A program made the translations under genes and the position numbers. Positions 18,984 through 29,801 of a DNA stretch of 64,000 nt are shown here, in pieces. The notes beneath the pieces are model-generated. The model was not told the DNA's origin and ran no database searches. It worked only from the letters and a program-made list of their open reading frames with translations. How positions within the stretch are numbered: the first letter of the stretch is position 1; each line of letters opens with the position of its first letter. The stretch comes from an uncultured Hyphomicrobiales bacterium (GTDB taxonomy: Bacteria; Bacteroidota; Ignavibacteria; Kapaibacteriales; UBA2268). The DNA is taken from contig CAZSHX010000017.1 in assembly GCA_964606895.1 (NCBI GenBank), forward strand, positions 1,723 to 65,722. Direction: 5' to 3'.

Positions 18984-20681
18984 ATGAGACAAAACAAGTA
19001 TTTCATTCCAACATTAAAAGAAGTACCTGCAGATGCAGTAATTCCTTCCCATAAACTTATGCTCCGTGCCGGCTTAGTTCGACAGCTTGGTGCCGGTATT
19101 TTTTCATGGTTGCCTCTCGGTTACAAAGTCCTGAAGAAAATCATGGATATTCTTCGCGAAGAAATGGATGCAATCGGAGGTCAGGAGTTTCTTTTGCCTG
19201 CTTTGAACCCGATTGAAATCTGGGAACAGACCAATAGAGTTGAAGCAATGGGAGACGTAATGTTCCATATCAAAAACCGCGATGGCTTAGTTTTGGCTCC
19301 TACTCACGAAGAAATAATCACTGTTCATGCCCGCCAGCATGTTCATTCATACAAAGAAATGCCAATGATATGGTATCAGATTCAAAATAAATTCAGGAAT
19401 GAACCACGCCCCAAATCCGGTGTACTCCGCGGCAGACAGTTTATTATGAAAGATGCCTATTCGCTTGATGCAACTTGGGAAGATCTGGACAAAGCCTACA
19501 ATAAACATTATGACGCTTACAAAAAAATCTTTGCCCGATGCGGCTTGAACTTTTTCGTTGTCGGAGCTTCAAGCGGTGCAATGGGCGGCAAGCAATCCCA
19601 GGAATTTATGGTTGAATCCGATGCAGGTGAAGATGTATGTGCAATCAGTGATTCCGGCTATGCCGCAAACGTTGAAGTTGCGAAATCTGCTCAACCGCCT
19701 GTGGGAAGAATTGATTCGAATTTGGAAATTGAAGAATTTGCAACACCAAACGCAAAAACAATTGATGATTTGATTGAACAATATAATTTACCTCACGACA
19801 GACTTGCCAAATCAGTTGTTTATATAATTGATTCTGAACCTGTTCTGATTTTGATGAGAGGTAACGATGAACTGAACGAAAGTAAACTTCAGTCAGTTTT
19901 CAAGGCTACTAATTTCAGGCCTGCCGAAGCCCAAGAACTTGTTAAATTTACAGGTGCTAACGGTGGTTCTATCGGTCCCGTTAACCTGAAATGCAAAATC
20001 AGGGTAGTTGCCGATAATTTGCTTAAAGATGCAAACGGTATGGTCAGCGGAGCCAACAAAGATGGTTTCCATAATAAAAATATTGATTTCCTCAGAGATT
20101 GCAAAATAGACGAATACCATGATTTCCGCACTATTCTTGAAGGTGAACTTGACCCTGTCAATGGGAAACCTATCAGAATTGTTAAAGCTATTGAACTTGG
20201 TCATATTTTCAAACTCGGAACCCGATACTCTGATGCTCTTGGTGCAAAATTCCTTGATGAAAACGGAACTGAACACCCGATTATCATGGGAAGTTATGGT
20301 ATTGGCGTTGAAAGAATTATGGCTTGTTTCATTGAGCAGTATCATGATGAATTCGGAATCACATGGAAGGGAGAACTCAGACCTTTTGATGTCCATCTTA
20401 TCGGGCTTAACTTATTGAAATCTCCTGAAGTCGGCGTTGCATGCGACAAAATCTATGATGAATTAATGTCGAATAACATTGATACACTTTACGACGACCG
20501 AAATCAGAATCCCGGAGTAAAATTCAATGATGCAGACTTAATAGGAATTCCTTTCCAGATAATTGCAGGCAAGAAAAACCTCGACAATGGCAATATCGAA
20601 ATCAAGCATCGTGAGTCGGGTTTGAGAAAAGTTATTCCTCTTGCCGATTTGATTCAGGAAGTCAAGAATTTTTACAAATAG
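18984..20681 (+). CDS. proS: Prolyl-tRNA synthetase
   Basis: N-terminus MRQNKYFIPTLKEVPADAVIPSHKLMLRAGLVRQLGAGIFSWLPLG plus class II aaRS motifs; 565 aa bacterial-type ProRS. Confidence 0.93.
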   Translation: MRQNKYFIPTLKEVPADAVIPSHKLMLRAGLVRQLGAGIFSWLPLGYKVLKKIMDILREEMDAIGGQEFLLPALNPIEIWEQTNRVEAMGDVMFHIKNRDGLVLAPTHEEIITVHARQHVHSYKEMPMIWYQIQNKFRNEPRPKSGVLRGRQFIMKDAYSLDATWEDLDKAYNKHYDAYKKIFARCGLNFFVVGASSGAMGGKQSQEFMVESDAGEDVCAISDSGYAANVEVAKSAQPPVGRIDSNLEIEEFATPNAKTIDDLIEQYNLPHDRLAKSVVYIIDSEPVLILMRGNDELNESKLQSVFKATNFRPAEAQELVKFTGANGGSIGPVNLKCKIRVVADNLLKDANGMVSGANKDGFHNKNIDFLRDCKIDEYHDFRTILEGELDPVNGKPIRIVKAIELGHIFKLGTRYSDALGAKFLDENGTEHPIIMGSYGIGVERIMACFIEQYHDEFGITWKGELRPFDVHLIGLNLLKSPEVGVACDKIYDELMSNNIDTLYDDRNQNPGVKFNDADLIGIPFQIIAGKKNLDNGNIEIKHRESGLRKVIPLADLIQEVKNFYK

Positions 20682-20767
20682 AGCCATTGTTGACTTTGAA
20701 TTAATAAAAAAAACTAAAAAAAAAGTTGTTCGTCTTAATAACTGATTTACAGAATAATATAATATAA

Positions 20768-21595
20768 ATGAAGCCATTAGCTGATTTACATACTCACACT
20801 TCCTTTTCGGACGGAAAACTTTCTGTGGAGGAATTGTTCGTTAAAGCCGAAAAAGTTGGTTTAGCTGCCATCAGCATAACCGACCATGATTCCGTTGATG
20901 GTTGCGTTGTTGCCCAGGAAATAAAAGGTGTTCACACTATTGATTTCATTAACGGCATAGAATTCAGCTGTTACGAAAACGGTCGCGAATATCATGTCCT
21001 TGGCTATCATCTTGATATCCATAATGAGATATTGCTTACAACACTTGCTGAATTCAAAAAAGCAAGACTTAAAAGAGCACAAAAAATTCTGGAAAAACTA
21101 AAAAGCATGTCTCTCACTCTGGATATTGATTTAATTCTTCAGATTGCCGGTGAAGCCCCGATAACCAGACCTCACATTGCAGAAGCCATGATTGACAAGG
21201 GATACATCTCTAATTTGAAGGAAGCCTTTGTGCACTATCTGGGCGAAGGAAAACCTGCTTACGAAGCCAAATCAAATTTCACGGTTCAGCGTGCAATCAA
21301 GCTTGTTAATGATTGCGGCGGAGTTGCTGTTCTTGCTCATCCCGGAAGAGCCATTCCCTCTGAAGTTTTGTATAAGCTTATAGAACAGGGATTAGACGGA
21401 GTGGAAGTTATTCACCCGATGCATGACGAAGCTCTCCAAAAACATTATCATTCGATTGCTTCCCAATACTGGCTTTTGGAAACGGGCGGCTCCGATTTCC
21501 ATGGAACCCGCGATTACGACGAAGATAATTTTGGCAAATTCGCCTGCCCCTATTCAGTTGTGGACTCAATTCGTTTCCATTCCAGAACAAGATAA
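20768..21595 (+). CDS. PHP-domain metal-dependent phosphoesterase (TrpH/YciV-like)
   Basis: DLHTHTSFSDG...ISITDHD N-terminal PHP motifs, later HPG and histidine motifs; 275 aa. Confidence 0.8.
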   Translation: MKPLADLHTHTSFSDGKLSVEELFVKAEKVGLAAISITDHDSVDGCVVAQEIKGVHTIDFINGIEFSCYENGREYHVLGYHLDIHNEILLTTLAEFKKARLKRAQKILEKLKSMSLTLDIDLILQIAGEAPITRPHIAEAMIDKGYISNLKEAFVHYLGEGKPAYEAKSNFTVQRAIKLVNDCGGVAVLAHPGRAIPSEVLYKLIEQGLDGVEVIHPMHDEALQKHYHSIASQYWLLETGGSDFHGTRDYDEDNFGKFACPYSVVDSIRFHSRTR

Positions 21596-21616
21596 AAGAA
21601 AAAATTTAAGAAAAAA

Positions 21617-21647
21617 GTGAAGAAAGATAGCTTTCTTCACTTTTTTT
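21617..21647. terminator. Bidirectional rho-independent terminator between convergent genes
   Basis: aaaaaa-GTGAAGAAAG-atag-CTTTCTTCAC-ttttttt: perfect 10-bp stem with an A-run before and a T-run after. Confidence 0.7.
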
Positions 21648-21676
21648 AGTTCGGTCAGTATGGCTTTATCCTTTCT

Positions 21677-23374
21677 CTAAAAAACTATTAATTTCTGGGT
21701 TAGAAATATAGTTTTAGATTTCAGAACCAAATAGTAAATGCCGTAAGATAAATTCTCTCTTGAGATATTGAATTTATATTCTCCCGGAGTATTGATGTTA
21801 CCTGAAATATTTTGAATTCTTTGTCCTAATGGATTCAATAAATAGAGTTCATGGTTTTCTTCACTTCCCACCAAAATAGAAATTTCGCAAAATTCCCAAA
21901 ATGGATTCGGATTAACTCCGGTTATTGCAGTTGCCCCCTGGTCAAGAAAAAGTCTATTAACGGGTTCTGTACAAATATTAGCCAGACATAGTCTTCCGAT
22001 TTCTGATTGAATTGGAAGGTTTGAGCAAACATAATTTGAATTTCTGATTGTCAAATTTGTACAAGAATCATTTCCTAATGTCACGAAAAACTCTAAATCT
22101 AAAAGTGAATCAATTGACATATTTCTGATTTTCAAAACACCATTATTTCCCTCTTTAATCACGCTAAGGTTTGGAGTAATAAGATTCATTAAAGTCGAAT
22201 TGAAAACCAAATCTGCATTAACTTCCAGGTCATTACAAATATCCTTGTTGGTTTTTGTTTCAATGGTGAGTGGAAGTCTGATTGTTTGACCAACATTAGC
22301 ATTAATCTTGCCTAAAATAAATTTGGTATAATAATCAGGTAACTTAATTGTAATATCAGAAGTTGACTTGCAACCAAAACTATTATAAGTGTCAACAGAA
22401 TAAATACCGGCATTTTTGACGAAAATACTTCGGGTTTTTTCGCCTGTTGTCCAATTCCAACTAAACCCATCGGGTGCAGTAAGCAAAATACTATCGCAAG
22501 GACAAATTAGCGTGCTTTTATCGGCAGAAATCCCTGTTTCAGGAAATGGAACAATATTAACAGACACTGTATCAAAAGCCATACAACCAACTGAGTCTGT
22601 AACGGTGAGATAATACAAAGTGTTTGTAGTCGGAAAAGCATCTGGTTGCAAAACATCATAAGCAGAAAGACCCGTTTTAGGACTCCAATCAAATTTCAAA
22701 GGTGGTATGTTACCGGTTGCACTTTCACCTATTTTTGTAGATTGCCCTTTGCAAAGATATTTTGCTGGTCCTGCTTCTGCATCAACAACACAGGCAGAAA
22801 GGAATGAAATATCGTCAATCCCGAAATCGTTACCATAGAACTTCAAACTGACATCTTTAATAACAATTTCAGCAGAATCAAAATTGTTACTATTCCAGTT
22901 AAAAGAAAATTCATTCCATTGACATGCAGTTTTAGGGATGTAAACAGGTGAAAAAGGGATTTCTCTGCCGTTTATAAAAAATGCCAGAATAGCAGGATTC
23001 AAAGTATCAATACTCATTAACCACAATTTGAGAGTGTATGTTTGAAACAGTTCAAGATTATTTACTGTTTGCTTCCAAACAATTTTATTTGCAGAATCGC
23101 TACCATTAACAATCATGTAATTCCCATCGCCCGTCGTATGGTCTTTGCATGAATCGAATTTGGAATACTCCAGTTTTGCATTTTTGGTAATGGTATAAAC
23201 TCTTGAAGGCTTCAAATTACCCGGAGAATACTTGTATTCTGAGAAAAAATCAACATTCCCGCTTGAAAAATTACTGTTTCGGATATAATCTTTTGTGTTT
23301 TTAGAAAAAAGATTAGAGTTACAACAAATTGCCGATAGTAATAAAAAGAACAATATGTATTTGTTCAATTTCAT
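21677..23374 (-). CDS. Secreted T9SS cargo protein, hypothetical
   Basis: Signal peptide MKLNKYILFFLLLSAICC; C-terminal ~80 aa (NPNPFWEFCEISI...GIYYLVLKSK...KLIVF) resembles Por_Secre_tail. Confidence 0.6.
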   Translation of the reverse strand: MKLNKYILFFLLLSAICCNSNLFSKNTKDYIRNSNFSSGNVDFFSEYKYSPGNLKPSRVYTITKNAKLEYSKFDSCKDHTTGDGNYMIVNGSDSANKIVWKQTVNNLELFQTYTLKLWLMSIDTLNPAILAFFINGREIPFSPVYIPKTACQWNEFSFNWNSNNFDSAEIVIKDVSLKFYGNDFGIDDISFLSACVVDAEAGPAKYLCKGQSTKIGESATGNIPPLKFDWSPKTGLSAYDVLQPDAFPTTNTLYYLTVTDSVGCMAFDTVSVNIVPFPETGISADKSTLICPCDSILLTAPDGFSWNWTTGEKTRSIFVKNAGIYSVDTYNSFGCKSTSDITIKLPDYYTKFILGKINANVGQTIRLPLTIETKTNKDICNDLEVNADLVFNSTLMNLITPNLSVIKEGNNGVLKIRNMSIDSLLDLEFFVTLGNDSCTNLTIRNSNYVCSNLPIQSEIGRLCLANICTEPVNRLFLDQGATAITGVNPNPFWEFCEISILVGSEENHELYLLNPLGQRIQNISGNINTPGEYKFNISRENLSYGIYYLVLKSKTIFLTQKLIVF

Positions 23375-24774
23375 TATGGTAATAGAATGATTTTCTGCCT
23401 AACAATATTTACTCCATCAGAAATATTAACAACATACATTCCCGAGACACAAGATCTTTTTAATTCAGTATTAATGGAATGGAATCCAGCATCGGAGTAT
23501 GAATTGGCGAGAATTGAAATAGTTCTGCCGAAAATATCTGATACATAGATATCCACTTTGGATGTCAATTGATTTTGCCATTGGATTGTTAAAGCACCAT
23601 AAGTTGGATTTGGTGAAATGCTGATTATTTTCAAAAAGTCATTTCCTTGACCTTCGATTTCCTGAACGGCAGTTCGTATCCTTTTTGATTTATATAATCC
23701 ATCTCCATAAGCACCTGCAAACATTATTATACCGTCAGCAGTAGAATCCCATGAAGGGAATCCAACCTGCCTGATTGATGCTGAATCAGGAAATCCGGCA
23801 TTGAATTTTTCCCAACTCCAACCAAAACTTCCACTTAATAAAACACCGGCTGTATCGCATGCCGCGGCAATATATCTGGGATAAAGAGGATGCTGAACCA
23901 TACTCAATACAGAAGCACCTTTGGCACCCACGTTTTTCCATGTTTTGCCTGTATCTAAACTTTGAAAGATACCCTTTCCAAGAATTTCCTTAGTCATTTG
24001 ATTAATTGAATCAGCACCGCAATAAACAACAGCTTTATTCAATAATGATGGCAAAATGCAAAGCACTCTTAATCCTTCCAACCCGGATTCATCTCCAAGC
24101 CAAGATTTACCACCATCATAAGAATGGTAAATGTGATGAAGTGAATTATCACCGCCAATAAATATCAAATTATTGTCCAAAGAAGAAATTTTAACATCCC
24201 TTGCTTGGATATCAAGTTGTTCATAAGAAAGACATGTTTGAAAATCATCGGATGATAGATCTAAACCTTTGTTGGAATTAACAGATGCAGAAAAATATTT
24301 ATTAGGGATTCCGGACACAGCGGCAAATGCTAAAATTTGTGGCGTTTTAACACACTTGAGATTATTTTCGTCCCAGGTAGCACCTTTATCAGTTGAAACG
24401 GCAATGCTTCCTTCGGTAAGTTTTCTGACACTTGCAAACCATATATCAGAATTTGCTGGGTTCTGAAGAAAATCATATATAGAAAAATCTTTAAGAATTG
24501 AGGTCCCAAAAGTCTTACCGGAATCTGTACTTATTTGAAAGCCGTTTTGACCAACGCCATAATGAGGGAAATCTATCGTCGGATCCAATAAATTGGTAGG
24601 AATCTGGTCAGAAGAAATTACAATTTTTCCAGGTTCATTTCTTGGAAAAAATAATTTATTAATATATGAACTTGGTCCATCCACCTTTGTCCATATTTGA
24701 GCCTGAAGCATTGAATCGCAAAATAATGTTATAAAAATAATTAATATCCAATATCTTTTTCTGACGGTTTTCAT
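23374..24774 (-). CDS. BNR/Asp-box repeat protein with T9SS C-terminal domain
   Basis: Four S-x-D-x-G-x-T-W/F Asp-box repeats (STDSGKTF, STDKGATW, SYDGGKSW, SLDTGKTW); signal peptide; C-terminal Por_Secre_tail-like (ISPNPTYGALTIQ...GMYVVNISD...KIILLP). Confidence 0.7.
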   Translation of the reverse strand: MKTVRKRYWILIIFITLFCDSMLQAQIWTKVDGPSSYINKLFFPRNEPGKIVISSDQIPTNLLDPTIDFPHYGVGQNGFQISTDSGKTFGTSILKDFSIYDFLQNPANSDIWFASVRKLTEGSIAVSTDKGATWDENNLKCVKTPQILAFAAVSGIPNKYFSASVNSNKGLDLSSDDFQTCLSYEQLDIQARDVKISSLDNNLIFIGGDNSLHHIYHSYDGGKSWLGDESGLEGLRVLCILPSLLNKAVVYCGADSINQMTKEILGKGIFQSLDTGKTWKNVGAKGASVLSMVQHPLYPRYIAAACDTAGVLLSGSFGWSWEKFNAGFPDSASIRQVGFPSWDSTADGIIMFAGAYGDGLYKSKRIRTAVQEIEGQGNDFLKIISISPNPTYGALTIQWQNQLTSKVDIYVSDIFGRTISILANSYSDAGFHSINTELKRSCVSGMYVVNISDGVNIVRQKIILLP

Positions 24775-24915
24775 CTAAATTCCTAATAATTTTAATTGCA
24801 AAATACAAATTTACGAAACTATTGGAAAAAATCAATAAATAGTTTAATTTTGAAATTAAGGAAATTATTACTATATTGAATTTTCCATTTTCAAATTTTT
24901 TTTAGTTCTTCGAAA

Positions 24916-25575
24916 ATGAATAAAATAAAAGTATTAATTGCTGAAGATCATACTCTTGTTGCAAAACTAATCTGGCAAATGCTTGACAAAGCCGGAAATA
25001 TTGAGGTTGTTGGTACTGTTTCGGATGGTTTAGCCGCTATAGAGGCTGTTCAAACCCAAGTAGTTGATGTTGTTTTGATGGATATCGATATGCCCTCTTT
25101 GGACGGTATAAAAACAACCTTGGCAATAAGGAGTCAATTCCACAGGATTAAAATATTAATTCTGTCAAATCATATTGAAGCTCATCTAATCCAAAGAGCT
25201 TTAAAATCGGGTGCCAATGGTTATCTTTCCAAATTTGCCGAATCTGACGAAGTTGTGGAAGCCATTCAGGCTGTTTATAATGGTGATACGTACTATTGCA
25301 AAACTTCGATGAAAGCAATTATGGAACACCTTACCACCACTGACCAAGCACAAAAAATAAGAACTGCCTATTTGGAATTAACCGGACGTGAGAAGGAAAT
25401 ACTTAATCTGATAGCCAATGAATATTCTACCAAAGATATTTCTAACAAATTAGTAATCAGTATCCGCACTGTTGAAACACATAGACGAAACATTATGAAA
25501 AAACTCGGTGTGAAAAATACTGCGGGAATGATGAAGCTGTCGTTAGAACATAATCTAATTGAAGAAGAAAATTAG
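24916..25575 (+). CDS. Response regulator, NarL/FixJ (LuxR-type HTH) family
   Basis: Receiver domain (VLIAEDH...VLMDIDMP...DG) plus C-terminal LuxR HTH (LTGREKEILNLIANEYSTKDISNKLVISIRTVETHRRNIMKKLGV). Confidence 0.9.
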   Translation: MNKIKVLIAEDHTLVAKLIWQMLDKAGNIEVVGTVSDGLAAIEAVQTQVVDVVLMDIDMPSLDGIKTTLAIRSQFHRIKILILSNHIEAHLIQRALKSGANGYLSKFAESDEVVEAIQAVYNGDTYYCKTSMKAIMEHLTTTDQAQKIRTAYLELTGREKEILNLIANEYSTKDISNKLVISIRTVETHRRNIMKKLGVKNTAGMMKLSLEHNLIEEEN

Positions 25576-25583
25576 GTGTCCTA

Positions 25584-28500
25584 ATGAGAAAGTCAAAGAT
25601 AGTCAAACCCGAACCGGTGTTAAAAAAAAATGACATCTTTGTAGCTCGGGAACATAAACCCAGATTTGCTATTGATATTGATAAAACAGCGGACAAAGAC
25701 TTGTTTTTAAATAAAAATAACAGTCTTGAAAATAACAAAGACATTATTTTTACTCATAAATTTTCCCAAACTAACACTAATACAAACCTTAGTAGTTCCC
25801 TCAATATTGATTTTTTTGAGCAACCAATGATTGGATTTGCTGTTCTTGACAAATACAGCAAAATAAAAAATGTAAATAAAAAACTATGTGATATCCTTGG
25901 TTATAGTCAAAGCGAATTAATTGGAAAAAAAAGTTTTCATTTTCTTAAAACTTCAAGTTTAAAACGAGATTTACAAGAGTTTAATGAATTTATACTTAAT
26001 GATAATAAACATCATATCACCGAAAAACCTTTGTTACGTAAAGATGGTAGTGTCGTTTATGTGGAAATTTCAGGAAAAACAATATTTACTTACGATGGAA
26101 ATAAACAATATTTAGTATCCGTTTGGGATATTTCACAAAGAAAATTTCTTGAAAGTAATTTAATAAATAACGAATTCTGGGCAAATACTCTTATAAATGT
26201 TACATCGGATGTTATTACTATTATTGACAACCAAGGTATCATAATTGAATGCAACAATAATTTAATCAAAAGGTTAGGTAAACCAAAAGAAGAAATTGTC
26301 GGTAAAATCAATTATGAGTTTTTTCCGACACCAATATCCCAAATAAGACAAAGGTTTGCAGAATATGTGTTTGATAGCGGTCAACCGGTCAGATTCGAAG
26401 ATTTCAGCTTCAATAAGTATAACGATAACAACATTTATCCGATTTTCGGAGATGATGGAAAAGTAATCAAAGCAATTATTATAAGCCATGATATTACAGA
26501 TAAAAAGACATCAGAAATCAAAATCAGAGAAAATGAATTCCGTTTAAGAATGCTTCTTGAAGCAACTTCTGATGGAGTTTGGGATTATGACATTCATTCT
26601 GAAACAGTTTACTACAGCCCAAATTTCTGGAAAAGGATGGGTTATCCGGAGAATGAAATAATCAATGAACATAAGTTTTTAACTTCGAAAATTCATATCG
26701 AAGATATTGAAAAGTACGACAAGGAATTTACAAAACAGTCTTTTGGAACTATTAAACAATTCAGGGTTGAGTTCAGATTATTAAGTAAATCCTGCGAATG
26801 GAGATGGATTCTTTCAAGAGGAAAAATATTAGAGTATGATGTAAATCTAAAACCTTCAAGAATAATTGGAACTTACGAAGATATCACCGAAGAGAAGATT
26901 GCTAACAAAAAGCTTTTTGAAAGCGAAGAATTATACAGACTTTTAGCGGATAATTCTACTGACTTAATTATGAAATTATCTTCAACTGGACAACTTATCT
27001 ATGTCAGTCCTGCTTCTTTGCAACTTACCGGTTATCAGTCTCATGAATTAATAGGCAAAAACATAATAGACTATGTTCATTACAATGACAGGATTTCTGC
27101 TAAAAGGTTATTCATTAAATCCTCCGACCGATGGGTTGCTACATTCAGATTCAGGCAAAAATGCGGAAAGTATATTTGGATAGAAACTACCAGTCAGATC
27201 ATTCATGAGAATCACTCGGTACCTGATAAATATATCTGCGTTGCCCGTGATATTACAATTAGAAAAAATACTCAGGATAACTACCTTAAACAAAAAGGTT
27301 TTTTTGAAGCAGTTGCTCAAGCGGCAAGTATTTTGATGTCAAAAGGGAATTTCAATCAAAGACTTGATGAAGCAATTAAAACATTGGGAGGGAAATTATC
27401 TGTAGGAAAAATTACTATCTATTCGAAAACCAATCAGCATCAGAATGAATACACATCATTTAAAAAAATCAGTCAATGGTTCTCAAGCCACAATATTAAT
27501 AGACTTCAAAATGAAAATGACGATACGATTGATATTTCATTCGACCTGATGCAAAGAATTTCGAATGGTGAGTCTATTTTATTGAATTACAATGAATTAA
27601 CAATTGAGGACCAGAAACAGTTTATATCTTTATCAAATAATTCAATTTTATTAAGTGGGATATTAATAAGGGATAAATTTTGGGGATTCATTATTTTTTC
27701 TAATTATCAAATAGAATTTGATTGGATTGAAGAACAAAAAACGATATTAAAAATCTTTTCATCTAACATTGGATCAGCCGTTGAACATAAGATTTATGAA
27801 GAAAAACTTGCCGAAGAGAAAGAGTTTGCTGAACGTTCTAATCGTACAAAGAGTGAATTTCTTGCTAATATGTCTCATGAAATCAGAACTCCAATGACCT
27901 CAATTCTTGGGTTTGGTGAGTTGCTGTTGAAAAGTGCTGAACCAAATACACGCCAACAAAACTACTTGAATATTATTTATACCAGCGGTAAAGTTCTTCT
28001 AAGATTAATTAACGATATTCTTGACCTTTCGAGAATTGAAGCGGGAAAAATGGAAATTATTCCCGAAATTGTTGATATTGAAAAAGCATTGATGGAAGTA
28101 AGCCATGCCTTTTCTCAAACTTTAAATGATAAGAAGCTTATTTATAATACTCACATTCCTGAAGGAATGCCAAAGAAATTGTTACTTGACAGTATTCGTT
28201 TCAGGCAAATACTGTTTAATCTTGTTGGAAATGCCGTAAAATTTACTGAAAAAGGAAGTGTTAAAGTCAGTTTTAATTACAAATACACAGATGAAACAAC
28301 AATAGTTCTAACGCTTGAAATTGATGATACAGGAATTGGAATTCCAAAAGATGCATTGTCAATTATTTTTGAACCCTTTAGTCAAAATAGCAATTCCAAT
28401 ACCAGACAGTTTGGTGGTACTGGATTGGGACTTGCAATAACCAAAAGGTTTGTTGAAAAAATGAACGGTATTATTTCAGTTGATTCTGTTGTTGGAAAAG

Positions 28501-29330
28501 GGAGCAAGTTTAAAATCGAATTTTCAAACATTAAAGTATCTCATGATGAATTCGATATCGCCCAAATTGATGAAAATGATTCCGGAAATATTGAATTCAA
28601 AGGCTCCAAAGTTCTTGTCATAGATGATTACGAATACAATCGAGAACTTGTCAAAGGATACTTGGATTTATATAATGTTATTGTTTTAGAAGCAGGTTCG
28701 GCACAAGAAGGATTTGAAGTAATAACAAATAACAAGCCTGATTTGGTTCTTATGGATATTCGTATGCCAAATCTCAATGGTTATGAAGCTGTAAAATCCC
28801 TAAAAAAAATGGGTTTAAAAATTCCGGTAATTGCTTTTACTGCATCAGTTATGAAAGATGCAGAAGAAAAAATTTCAAAAAGATTTGACGGTTATTTACG
28901 CAAACCAATCAGACAGAATGAGCTAATTTCAATGCTCAAAAAATTCCTTCCATTTAATCCGGTTATTCCTAAAGACTTTCAGATTGAAGACGATATATTT
29001 GCTTTAATGCTCCGGATTGATGAACTTAATAAAACTGAACATCATTCTATACCTCAAAAAATTAAAGATGAGTTGTTAGATTATTACATTCCTTTGTGCA
29101 AAGAAGTTCTGGATGTTTTCATTATTGATGATATTGAGAATTTCTCAAATGAAATCAGCGAATTTTCAATTAAAAATAATCTTCCGGTTCTATATGATTA
29201 TTCAACAATATTGTTCAAAGCTCTTCAAGCTTATCATATAGAGAAAATCAGATTACTTCTCAACAAATTTCCTATTCTGGTTTCAAAGCTTTTTGAATCG
29301 GAAATCAAGAATGAACTTTCGGTAAACTGA
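25584..29330 (+). CDS. Hybrid sensor histidine kinase with multiple PAS domains and a C-terminal receiver
   Basis: HisKA H-box NMSHEIRTPMTSILGF; HATPase_c GTGLGLAITKRF...GKGSKFKIEF; receiver KVLVIDDYEYNRE...LVLMDIRMPNLNG; several PAS-like segments in the N-terminal 700 aa. Confidence 0.9.
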   Translation: MRKSKIVKPEPVLKKNDIFVAREHKPRFAIDIDKTADKDLFLNKNNSLENNKDIIFTHKFSQTNTNTNLSSSLNIDFFEQPMIGFAVLDKYSKIKNVNKKLCDILGYSQSELIGKKSFHFLKTSSLKRDLQEFNEFILNDNKHHITEKPLLRKDGSVVYVEISGKTIFTYDGNKQYLVSVWDISQRKFLESNLINNEFWANTLINVTSDVITIIDNQGIIIECNNNLIKRLGKPKEEIVGKINYEFFPTPISQIRQRFAEYVFDSGQPVRFEDFSFNKYNDNNIYPIFGDDGKVIKAIIISHDITDKKTSEIKIRENEFRLRMLLEATSDGVWDYDIHSETVYYSPNFWKRMGYPENEIINEHKFLTSKIHIEDIEKYDKEFTKQSFGTIKQFRVEFRLLSKSCEWRWILSRGKILEYDVNLKPSRIIGTYEDITEEKIANKKLFESEELYRLLADNSTDLIMKLSSTGQLIYVSPASLQLTGYQSHELIGKNIIDYVHYNDRISAKRLFIKSSDRWVATFRFRQKCGKYIWIETTSQIIHENHSVPDKYICVARDITIRKNTQDNYLKQKGFFEAVAQAASILMSKGNFNQRLDEAIKTLGGKLSVGKITIYSKTNQHQNEYTSFKKISQWFSSHNINRLQNENDDTIDISFDLMQRISNGESILLNYNELTIEDQKQFISLSNNSILLSGILIRDKFWGFIIFSNYQIEFDWIEEQKTILKIFSSNIGSAVEHKIYEEKLAEEKEFAERSNRTKSEFLANMSHEIRTPMTSILGFGELLLKSAEPNTRQQNYLNIIYTSGKVLLRLINDILDLSRIEAGKMEIIPEIVDIEKALMEVSHAFSQTLNDKKLIYNTHIPEGMPKKLLLDSIRFRQILFNLVGNAVKFTEKGSVKVSFNYKYTDETTIVLTLEIDDTGIGIPKDALSIIFEPFSQNSNSNTRQFGGTGLGLAITKRFVEKMNGIISVDSVVGKGSKFKIEFSNIKVSHDEFDIAQIDENDSGNIEFKGSKVLVIDDYEYNRELVKGYLDLYNVIVLEAGSAQEGFEVITNNKPDLVLMDIRMPNLNGYEAVKSLKKMGLKIPVIAFTASVMKDAEEKISKRFDGYLRKPIRQNELISMLKKFLPFNPVIPKDFQIEDDIFALMLRIDELNKTEHHSIPQKIKDELLDYYIPLCKEVLDVFIIDDIENFSNEISEFSIKNNLPVLYDYSTILFKALQAYHIEKIRLLLNKFPILVSKLFESEIKNELSVN

Positions 29331-29342
29331 TTCTAATATTCT

Positions 29343-29741
29343 TCACATAATTGCATTTTCGATATGCTCAATTTTCTTTTCATTTTCAGATAAATCAATT
29401 GCAACTATATCAAACCGGCAGTCAACATCATAGATTTTGTTGATGTATAAGTAACCTTCGGCAACTTTTCTGATTTGTTTTGCTTTTTTGGGAGTGACTT
29501 GGAATAATGGGTCGCCGTAAAGTTTTGTTGTACAGGATTTTACTTCGACAAAAACAAGAACACCCTTATGTCTTGCTATAATGTCGATCTCACCCACTTT
29601 GCCAAATTGAAAGTTCTTTTTTACAATTTCAAGACCTTTGGCTAATAAAAAATCTTCGGCAATTTTTTCGGATACCTTACCTTTTTCACGGGTTGATTGT
29701 TCATTAGTTGATTGAAAATAATCCATAATTTTTTCTAACAT
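29343..29741 (-). CDS. YraN family endonuclease (UPF0102)
   Basis: Characteristic GEIDIIA...LVFVEVK motif and ~130 aa size. Confidence 0.8.
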   Translation of the reverse strand: MLEKIMDYFQSTNEQSTREKGKVSEKIAEDFLLAKGLEIVKKNFQFGKVGEIDIIARHKGVLVFVEVKSCTTKLYGDPLFQVTPKKAKQIRKVAEGYLYINKIYDVDCRFDIVAIDLSENEKKIEHIENAIM

Positions 29742-29801
29742 ATATTTGAATTATACTAAATAACTAACCAAAAAGTCGCATCTCAAAATTCAGAAATCTT
29801 T

